The position numbers and the translations under genes were made by a program. DNA of 12,563 bases from Halalkalibacterium halodurans (lineage in GTDB: Bacteria > Bacillota > Bacilli > Bacillales > Bacillaceae_D): contig NZ_SNUY01000087.1 of the NCBI RefSeq assembly GCF_004376175.1, positions 1 through 12,563 on the forward strand, given 5' to 3'. The notes under the pieces are model-generated. The model was not told the DNA's origin and did no database searches. It worked only from the letters and a program-made list of their open reading frames with translations. Shown piece after piece: positions 1 through 5,948 of the stretch (position 1 is the stretch's first letter; every line of letters begins with the position of its first letter).

Positions 1-16
1 GGGGCTGGGACAAAAC
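1..16. repeat. IS left terminal inverted repeat (IRL)
   Basis: GGGGCTGGGACAAAAC matches the reverse complement of 1818-1833 at 15/16 positions. Confidence 0.8.
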
Positions 17-36
17 CCCAGGAAATAAAAAAATAA

Positions 37-80
37 GGCGTAGGAGCTTACACTAAAAAGTGTAGGCTTCACGCCTTTTT
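37..80 (+). terminator. Intrinsic-terminator-like hairpin just inside IRL
   Basis: Arms ggcgtaggagcttacac (37-53) and gtgtaggcttcacgcc (60-75) form a stem of about 16 bp with one bulged A and two G-U pairs. The loop is 6 nt (taaaaa) and the stem is followed by TTTTT (76-80). Confidence 0.6.
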
Positions 81-102
81 ATTCGTATTTTGTGTAAACC
101 AA

Positions 103-159
103 AAGGACACCTTTTGATAAAATTAAAGTGACTAAACAATAATTTTTGGAGGTGTCCTT
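103..159 (+). promoter_or_regulatory. Fold-back element able to sequester the transposase Shine-Dalgarno; its loop contains an extended -10-like TGaTAAAAT (115-123)
   Basis: Positions 103-114 (aaggacaccttt) pair antiparallel with 148-159 (ggaggtgtcctt) through 10 Watson-Crick and 2 G-U pairs. The right arm covers GGAGG (148-152) up to 1 nt before ATG 160. The promoter call is by eye only. Confidence 0.4.
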
Positions 160-1818
160 ATGTTTAAACAGTATACCATGAATCAAATTGTTTTGCCGCT
201 AGATTTAGAAATAAAATTACAAGAAAATGATATTGCTTTTGCGATTAATGACCTTGTAGAGAGCATACCAGAGGAAGCATTCAAAGATTTCTTACGCCAA
301 ACTGGACGTCCTGCCTATCATCCTCGTATGATGTTAAAAGTTATTTTGTGTGGGTATACACAATCTGTGTTTTCTGGTCGTAAGATAGAAGCGTTGCTCC
401 AAGACAGTATTCGGATGATGTGGTTAGCCCAAGGAAATGAGCCGAGCTATCGGACGATTAATCGTTTCCGTTCCAATCCACTTATTGAAAAATTACTGCG
501 CGAATGTTTTGTCCAATTCCGTAATCAACTCGTGGAAAAGGAGTTTATTGAAGAAGAAGCAATTTTTATTGATGGTCCGAAGATTGAAGCGAACGCTAAC
601 AAATTTACCTTTGTATGGAGAAAATCCGTCGAACAATATAGTGAAAAATTAATAGAAAAGTCCAACCAACTGTATGATGAATTATTGGAAAAGGAAATTA
701 TCCCAGCGATAGAACGAGAAAGTAAAGAAGAACTAACCGTTAAAGAAATGGAAGAAGTGGTCAAAAAGTTAGAAGAAACAGTCAGCGAATATGATAAACA
801 AATTGAAGCTTGTGAGGTCGGCAGTGAACGGAAGAACATTCGCGCTGAACGTAAAGCACCAAAACAAGCTCGTAAGCAGTTCATGGATTTCATTGCTCGT
901 AAACAAAAGTATCAAAAAGATATGGAGACTTTCGGCGAACGCAATAGCTATTCAAAAACTGATCCTGATGCGACGTTTATGCGGATGAAGGACGATTACA
1001 TGAAGAACGGTCAATTGAAAGCTGGTTATAATGTACAACTTGCGACAGAAGGTCAATACGCACTCGCTTACGATGTTTTTCCAAATCCAACAGATACACG
1101 CACCTTGATCCCATTTCTTCAAACGATAGAAGATTTCTTCGAATTACCAGAATATATCGTTGCAGATGCAGGATACGGAAGCGAACAGAACTATGAAGAA
1201 ATCATTGAGAATCGAAATCGAACGCCACTTATTACATACAATCAGTATCGAAAGGAAAAGAAAAGGAAACACAAAGACACTGCTTTTCATGTAGACAATT
1301 GGGATTATAATGAGGAAGAGGACGCTTTCCGATGTCCAAATGGTCAAAAAGTATGGTTTAGCCATCAGTCCAAACGAACAGACAGGTACGGATTCACACG
1401 GGAATTTAAAGTGTACGAATGTGAAGATTGTTCAGGCTGTCCATTCCGCGAACTGTGCACGAAAGCAAAAGAAGGCAACAATCGAAAAGTCTACATTAAT
1501 GAAAAGTGGGAATCTCAAAAAGAAAATATACGTATGAAGCTTTCAGACGAGAAAACTGGTGCAATTTACAGGAAACGAAAAGTTGAAGTAGAACCAGTGT
1601 TCGGTTTTCTGAAGGCTCATTTGGGTTTAACTCGAATGTCCGTCAGAGGCAAAGATAAAGTGAAAAATGACTTGGGGTTTGCATTTATGGCCGTGACCTT
1701 GAGAAAGTACACGGCCCCGAACGGTGACATAGGGCCAGGAAATAAGAAAAACTCCACAAAAAAGGTTCCAAGCACTTATTATTTGCTTGGAACCTTTTTA
1801 CTTACTATTTTTGGCTAG
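160..1818 (+). CDS. IS1182-family (IS4/IS5-superfamily) DDE transposase
   Basis: This is a 552-aa ORF with SD GGAGG 7 nt upstream of the ATG. Family-typical motifs include N-terminal GRPAYHPRMMLKVILCGY, IDGxKIEANANKF, YSKTDPDATFMRMK, GYNVQ, ADAGYGSEQNY, a Cys-rich CPxG...CxxC...C segment and EPVFGFLK. Confidence 0.9.
   Translation: MFKQYTMNQIVLPLDLEIKLQENDIAFAINDLVESIPEEAFKDFLRQTGRPAYHPRMMLKVILCGYTQSVFSGRKIEALLQDSIRMMWLAQGNEPSYRTINRFRSNPLIEKLLRECFVQFRNQLVEKEFIEEEAIFIDGPKIEANANKFTFVWRKSVEQYSEKLIEKSNQLYDELLEKEIIPAIERESKEELTVKEMEEVVKKLEETVSEYDKQIEACEVGSERKNIRAERKAPKQARKQFMDFIARKQKYQKDMETFGERNSYSKTDPDATFMRMKDDYMKNGQLKAGYNVQLATEGQYALAYDVFPNPTDTRTLIPFLQTIEDFFELPEYIVADAGYGSEQNYEEIIENRNRTPLITYNQYRKEKKRKHKDTAFHVDNWDYNEEEDAFRCPNGQKVWFSHQSKRTDRYGFTREFKVYECEDCSGCPFRELCTKAKEGNNRKVYINEKWESQKENIRMKLSDEKTGAIYRKRKVEVEPVFGFLKAHLGLTRMSVRGKDKVKNDLGFAFMAVTLRKYTAPNGDIGPGNKKNSTKKVPSTYYLLGTFLLTIFG
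1759..1800 (+). terminator. Perfect 16-bp hairpin inside the 3' end of the transposase ORF, just before IRR
   Basis: aaaaaggttccaagca (1759-1774) pairs perfectly with tgcttggaaccttttt (1784-1799) around a 9-nt loop. The U-run forms part of the 3' arm. Confidence 0.5.
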
Positions 1819-1833
1819 TTTTGTCCCAGCCTC
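1818..1833. repeat. IS right terminal inverted repeat (IRR), overlapping the transposase stop codon
   Basis: GTTTTGTCCCAGCCTC is the reverse complement partner of 1-16, with one mismatch. Confidence 0.8.
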
Positions 1834-1913
1834 TTTTTGAGTGAAAAAAATAAATAGAGGTGTCTGGCGTAGGGCGCTTTGCACTTTTCTTTTAGTCTAA
1901 GGGGGAACAAAAG

Positions 1914-2897
1914 GTGATGAAAATCAAAAATGGGAATGTTGTTATTCTCGGAATGTTGTTAATGGTCATGTTGTTTTCCGGCTGCAATGGTAGTGTGGAA
2001 GAAACAACAGATGAGAATATGGGAGGGACGGATGAGACGGTTGAACCGGCTGATGGGGAGGCAACAGATGGCTTTCCGAAAACGATCCATCATGCAAAAG
2101 GTGAAACGGTGATCGAATCCAAACCTGAAACGGTGGCTATTCTTTATTTTCCTTATGCTGAGCATTTATTTGCAATCGATGAAGCTTCTCTCGTTGGGGG
2201 AGTCGTCGGCTTAAAATCGCTGCAAAATTTCCCAGTCTACGAGCCGTTTCTTGCGAGCGGGGAGATCATTGATTTAGGAGACGAAGCAAACCTCGAACAA
2301 ATCGTCGAATTGAATCCTGATGTCATCATTGCGACCGAGGTGGATGATAAAATTTATGAACAGCTAGAGAAGATCACAGATACTGTCATGATTCCGATGT
2401 CGGAAAACTGGCAGGAAACGATCATCCAAGTTGGCGCTGTCGTGGGGGAAGAGGAGAAAGCGCAACAGTACATTGATTCCTTCAACCAAAAACTGACGGA
2501 TATTGCAGCTACGATGGAGCAAACCGAGCAAAAAGGAAAAACGGCTCTCTTCATGATGACATGGGCGAACGGCTTTAATTATTACAGCGGTGTTCGTATG
2601 GCTCATTATTATGAGGAGCTCGGCTTTGAGCCGTTTGCGGAATTGGACGATTATGGCGAGATCGGACTAGAAGGGGTGAGCGAGCTTGACCCTGATTATA
2701 TCTTTCTCGCAGAAGATTTTACTGAAACGGCGGAAACCAAGTTGCAAGACCTTGAGGAAAGTCCAGTCTGGAACCAATTAACAGCTGTTAAACATGACCA
2801 TGTGTATGTCGTGGATACAGAAATGATGGGGCCTTTGGCAATGGGACAATTCAAAGGGCTGGAAGTGATTGAACAGATCATGAGTGAAGCTGTATAA
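1914..2897 (+). CDS. ABC-transporter substrate-binding lipoprotein, iron-siderophore type (FhuD/FeuA-like, Peripla_BP_2 fold)
   Basis: SD GGGGGA (1901-1906) precedes a GTG 1914 or ATG 1917 start. There is a signal peptide with lipobox LFSGC and an acidic linker. Family-like segments are ETVAILYFPYAEHLFAI, LNPDVIIA and LDPDYIFL. No permease or ATPase genes are adjacent. Confidence 0.8.
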   Translation: MMKIKNGNVVILGMLLMVMLFSGCNGSVEETTDENMGGTDETVEPADGEATDGFPKTIHHAKGETVIESKPETVAILYFPYAEHLFAIDEASLVGGVVGLKSLQNFPVYEPFLASGEIIDLGDEANLEQIVELNPDVIIATEVDDKIYEQLEKITDTVMIPMSENWQETIIQVGAVVGEEEKAQQYIDSFNQKLTDIAATMEQTEQKGKTALFMMTWANGFNYYSGVRMAHYYEELGFEPFAELDDYGEIGLEGVSELDPDYIFLAEDFTETAETKLQDLEESPVWNQLTAVKHDHVYVVDTEMMGPLAMGQFKGLEVIEQIMSEAV

Positions 2898-2942
2898 GTT
2901 CCTTTATAGAAAATAAAGAGACGATCAAAAGGCTATTTATCC

Positions 2943-2991
2943 AAATAACCCAATAATGACTTGTATGAGTCATTATTGGGTTATTTGTTTT
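2943..2991 (+). terminator. Rho-independent terminator of the binding-protein gene
   Basis: A perfect 19-bp stem is formed by aaataacccaataatgact (2943-2961) and agtcattattgggttattt (2968-2986). The loop is 6 nt and GTTTT follows. Confidence 0.85.
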
Positions 2992-3057
2992 GCTTATAAC
3001 GAGAGAAAGAAAGTGTGCCCCTAGAAGGATCGTTAGATTTCATGACATGTATAGTTA

Positions 3058-3071
3058 AGTCATAAATGACT
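3058..3071. promoter_or_regulatory. Candidate upstream activator sequence (palindrome AGTCAT-AA-ATGACT) for the sigma-54 activator
   Basis: This is a perfect 6-2-6 palindrome centred about 71 bp upstream of the -24 GG. An extra ATGAC half-site lies at 3043-3047. The assignment is an inference from position only. Confidence 0.3.
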
Positions 3072-3133
3072 CAGGCGAAAGGGAGGAGAGTGGGAATGCC
3101 TTAAAAATACTGAAAAATTAGATCATTTAGACT

Positions 3134-3149
3134 TGGCACGCCATTTGCA
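3134..3149 (+). promoter_or_regulatory. sigma-54 (SigL) -24/-12 promoter of the gab operon
   Basis: TGGCAC-gccat-TTGCA matches the consensus TGGCAC-N5-TTGCW exactly. It lies 39 nt upstream of the SD-preceded GTG at 3188, and a GAFTGA-type activator is encoded in the same operon. Confidence 0.8.
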
Positions 3150-3187
3150 TATTCATTTGGTAGATCGTTAGAAAGGGTGATGCAATT

Positions 3188-3265
3188 GTGAGTCAATCGA
3201 TTAAGACACAAGAGGAAGATTTGAAAAGCTTGTTGACGAGACGGGAACAGAGGGGTCGTAAATAA
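3188..3265 (+). pseudogene. gabT: Detached 5' fragment of gabT (native start and first 25 codons, out of frame with the main ORF)
   Basis: GTG 3188 is preceded by SD AAAGGGTGA (3172-3180). It translates as VSQSIKTQEEDLKSLLTRREQRGRK and stops at 3263-3265. The main gabT frame is already open from 3237 and reads RGVVNNIQTFAKEAKGAIVIDVEG. Confidence 0.6.
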
Positions 3266-3302
3266 CATTCAGACGTTTGCTAAAGAGGCCAAAGGGGCGA
3301 TC

Positions 3303-4508
3303 GTGATCGATGTAGAAGGGAAGTCGTACATTGATTTTGCTGGAGCGATTGGGACAATTAATGTCGGTCATAGTCATCCGAAAGTCGTACAAGCCGTTCA
3401 GCAGCAGGCCGACCAATTCATTCATACCGGCTTTAACGTGATGATGTATGAATCGTATATTGAGCTGGCAGAGCGATTAGCTGCTTTAGCCCCAGGTTCG
3501 TTCGAAAAAAAAGTATTGTTGCAAAATAGCGGAGCGGAAGCTGTAGAGAATGCGGTAAAAATGGCGCGCAAGTATACGGGGCGCCAAGGGATTGTCTCGT
3601 TTTCTCGTGGATTCCATGGACGGACGCTTATGACGATGACGATGACGAGCAAGGTGAAGCCTTATAAATTTGGCTTCGGTCCATTTGCTCCTGAGGTGTA
3701 TAAAGCGCCATATCCGTACGAATATCGCCGACCTGAAGGGATGTCTGAAGACGCTTATCACGCGTATGTTTTACAAGAATTCATCCAGTTTATGAATGTA
3801 GAAGTGGCCCCCGAATCGGTTGCCGCAGTTGTGATGGAGCCTGTTCAGGGAGAAGGTGGCTTTATCGTCCCGAGCAAGTCTTTTGTTCAAGGGGTTTATG
3901 GCTATTGTAAGGAGCACGGGATTCTCTTTATTGCTGATGAAATTCAAACAGGTTTTGCTCGAACAGGTCACTACTTTGCGAGCGAACATTTTGAGATAGA
4001 GCCTGACTTATTAACAGTGTCCAAGTCGCTCGGAGCCGGCGTACCTATTAGCGGGGTGATTGGTCGCCGAGAAGTGTTGGATGAAGCAAGTCCTGGGGAG
4101 CTCGGGGGAACATATAGCGGGAGTCCGTTAGGCTGCGCGGCAGCATTAGCGGTGCTCGACATCATCGAGGAAGAAGGCCTCAACGAACGGGCGCGAAAAC
4201 TTGGTCAAGTCGTTATGGACAAGATGGCACAGCTTCAAGAGCAATATGAGTGCATTGGCCATATTCGCGGACTTGGCGCCATGTGTGCGATGGAAGTCGT
4301 AAAGGATCGACACACGAAAGAGCCTGATAAAGAATTAACGGCCAAGATCGTTTCCGAAGCGGGGAACCGTGGCCTGTTGTTATTAAGCGCTGGCCAATAT
4401 GGCAATGTCCTCCGTTTCCTCATGCCGATTGTCATTACAGATGAACAGTTAAACAACGGGTTTGCCATTTTAGAAGAAGCGTTAGCAACAGCTTTAGTGA
4501 ATAGGTAA
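3303..4508 (+). CDS. gabT: 4-aminobutyrate--2-oxoglutarate aminotransferase (class-III PLP aminotransferase); the ORF as tracked lacks the normal N-terminus
   Basis: The 401-aa product carries GabT hallmarks: IDFAGAIGTINVGHSHPKVV, NSGAEAVENAVKMARKYT, FHGRT, MEPVQGEGGF, ADEIQTGFARTG, PLP-lysine context TVSKSLGAG and GELGGTYSGSPL. The ORF is shorter at the 5' end than typical GabT, for the reason given in the findings. Confidence 0.9.
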   Translation: MIDVEGKSYIDFAGAIGTINVGHSHPKVVQAVQQQADQFIHTGFNVMMYESYIELAERLAALAPGSFEKKVLLQNSGAEAVENAVKMARKYTGRQGIVSFSRGFHGRTLMTMTMTSKVKPYKFGFGPFAPEVYKAPYPYEYRRPEGMSEDAYHAYVLQEFIQFMNVEVAPESVAAVVMEPVQGEGGFIVPSKSFVQGVYGYCKEHGILFIADEIQTGFARTGHYFASEHFEIEPDLLTVSKSLGAGVPISGVIGRREVLDEASPGELGGTYSGSPLGCAAALAVLDIIEEEGLNERARKLGQVVMDKMAQLQEQYECIGHIRGLGAMCAMEVVKDRHTKEPDKELTAKIVSEAGNRGLLLLSAGQYGNVLRFLMPIVITDEQLNNGFAILEEALATALVNR

Positions 4509-4568
4509 AACCTGCATTTCCCCCTCCTCTTTTGGCATAGTACACTTATATGAAAGGATGGGGGAGGA

Positions 4569-5933
4569 ATGGTGATGGGATCTCGTGAGAATGAGCTTGA
4601 ACTTTTAAATGCCGAGCTTGAAGACATTTTTGAAGCTTCCTTTGACGAAATTTTCGTGACCGATGCCGACGGAATTGTTGTGAAAGTGAACTCAAGGTGT
4701 GAGGAAAATTATCGGCTTTCAGCAGATGAAATGGTTGGAAAGCACGTGAAGGACTTAGAAAAGGTAGGGGTGTTTTATCCATCTGCCACCTTGGAGGTTA
4801 TCGAAACGTATCGGCCACTTGAACTATTGCAACAAACGCGATCAGGTCGGTATTTACATGTGAGATCAAGGCCAATTTTTGATCGAGACGGACAATTAAC
4901 CCGGGTCGTTAGCTATTCGCGAGATTTGACTGAGCTTACGTATTTGAAGCGGAAAATAGAAGAAATGGAAGGTCAACTAGCAAGCTATAAGCGTGAATTG
5001 GGTGACCCCGTTACCCTAGAAGGGATCGTCTCGAAAAGTGAACAGATGACACGGTTGATGGAGCTTATTCATCGCGTCGCCAAAGTGGATAGTACCGTCC
5101 TTGTTCTTGGTGAGACAGGTGTTGGGAAAAGTAAAATCGTGAAGCTTATTCATGAATTAAGCGATCGTGAGAACCAGCGATTCTATGAAATCAATTGCGC
5201 CGCGATTCCAGAGCAGCTCATCGAATCGGAGCTGTTTGGCTATGAAGCGGGTGCCTTTACGGGTGCGAGCCGTCACGGAAAGAAAGGGTTGTTTGAGCTT
5301 GCGAATGGGGGGACGCTCTTTCTTGATGAAATTGCGGAAATGCCTTTGCATTTACAAGGAAAGCTGCTGCAAGTGCTTCAAGAAAAAAGCTTTCGGCCCA
5401 TTGGTGGACAGGCGATGCAGCTAGTCGATGTCCGCGTAATTGCCGCGACGAATCAAGAGTTGGAACAGATGGTGGAGCAAGGACAATTTCGCCGGGATTT
5501 ATTTTATCGTTTGCAAGTGATCCCGGTTCACATCGCTCCCCTTCGAGAACGGAAGGAAGATATTTTGCCTCTTGTTTACTATTTTCTCGACCATTACAAC
5601 AACCGATATGGGCGGGATGTGAAACTGTCACCTAAGGGACTTGATGCGCTCTATTCCTATCATTGGCCGGGAAATGTTCGGGAGTTAGAAAACTTAATGG
5701 AACGGTTAGTCGTCACATCTGATCAAATGGTAGTGGCGGAAGATTTACCGTTTCACACGGAAAGTATGCCTGCAAAAATCGAAGGACGTAGTTTAAAAGA
5801 ATTATTAGAAGAAACGGAACGGGCGATCATTCGAGATAGGTATGCATCGCATCAGTCATCGTATAAGCTGGCCGAAGCATTGAAGATTAGCCAATCAAGT
5901 GCGATACGAAAAATAAAAAAATATATCGAGTGA
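4569..5933 (+). CDS. sigma-54-dependent transcriptional activator (PAS sensor, AAA+ domain, C-terminal Fis-type HTH); likely regulator of the gab operon
   Basis: Motifs are Walker A GETGVGKS, sigma-54 contact loop GAFTGA (in ELFGYEAGAFTGA), Walker B GGTLFLDEI, and WPGNVRELEN. The N-terminal ~120 aa are PAS-like and the C-terminal HTH is YKLAEALKISQSSAIRKIKKY. The true start may be ATG 4575, which sits 7 nt after GGAGG (4563-4567), rather than 4569. Confidence 0.9.
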   Translation: MVMGSRENELELLNAELEDIFEASFDEIFVTDADGIVVKVNSRCEENYRLSADEMVGKHVKDLEKVGVFYPSATLEVIETYRPLELLQQTRSGRYLHVRSRPIFDRDGQLTRVVSYSRDLTELTYLKRKIEEMEGQLASYKRELGDPVTLEGIVSKSEQMTRLMELIHRVAKVDSTVLVLGETGVGKSKIVKLIHELSDRENQRFYEINCAAIPEQLIESELFGYEAGAFTGASRHGKKGLFELANGGTLFLDEIAEMPLHLQGKLLQVLQEKSFRPIGGQAMQLVDVRVIAATNQELEQMVEQGQFRRDLFYRLQVIPVHIAPLRERKEDILPLVYYFLDHYNNRYGRDVKLSPKGLDALYSYHWPGNVRELENLMERLVVTSDQMVVAEDLPFHTESMPAKIEGRSLKELLEETERAIIRDRYASHQSSYKLAEALKISQSSAIRKIKKYIE

Positions 5934-5948
5934 AAGGCAGTGGTATGA

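Larger units (their letters stand above)
1..1833 (+). mobile_element. IS1182-family insertion sequence, apparently complete (IRL, transposase, IRR)
   Basis: Terminal inverted repeats are GGGGCTGGGACAAAAC (1-16) and the reverse complement of 1818-1833 (GAGGCTGGGACAAAAC), 15/16 identical. They bracket a single 552-aa DDE transposase ORF. The left flank lies outside the window, so a target-site duplication cannot be assessed. Confidence 0.85.

Noticed and set aside
525-893. Antisense or alternative-frame ORFs nested in larger genes. Examples are 525-893(-), 1144-1365(-), 3486-3761(-), 4235-4627(-), 5257-5631(-), 6696-7061(-), 7704-8015(-), 8317-8544(-), 11084-11290(-) and 11341-11634(-).
   Set aside because: All lie inside well-supported CDSs on the opposite strand or in another frame. 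They lack SD sequences and have low-complexity or Ser/Cys/Arg-rich compositions typical of shadow ORFs.
1844-1873. The right flank of the IS (aaaaaaataa ... ggcgtagg, 1844-1873) echoes the interior of the IS left end (27-44), hinting at a remnant second copy or a target preference.
   Set aside because: The match is only a low-complexity 10-mer plus an 8-mer, interrupted by a 12-nt gap, and there is no flanking IR. It cannot be distinguished from chance without other copies.
3082-3104. A strong SD (GGAGG 3082-3086) followed by a 2-codon mini-ORF (ATG CCT TAA, 3096-3104) upstream of the sigma-54 promoter.
   Set aside because: It is too short to evaluate and lies upstream of the predicted transcription start. 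It may be a fossil of an older gene start or pure chance.
3466-3481. TGGCAG-N5-TTAGC inside gabT as an internal sigma-54 promoter.
   Set aside because: The -12 element is TTAGC, not TTGC. It lies inside a coding region with no downstream start, so a chance match is likely.
4533-4548. TGGCAT in the gabT-activator intergenic gap as a second sigma-54 promoter.
   Set aside because: The sequence 5 nt downstream is ACTTA, with no TTGC -12 element. Only the -24 half resembles the consensus.
4517-4566. TCCCCC (about 4517-4522) pairing with GGGGGA (about 4560-4565) as an SD-occluding hairpin for the activator gene.
   Set aside because: The stem is only 6 bp with a loop of about 35 nt. The longer C/T-rich and G/A-rich tracts are not antiparallel-complementary.
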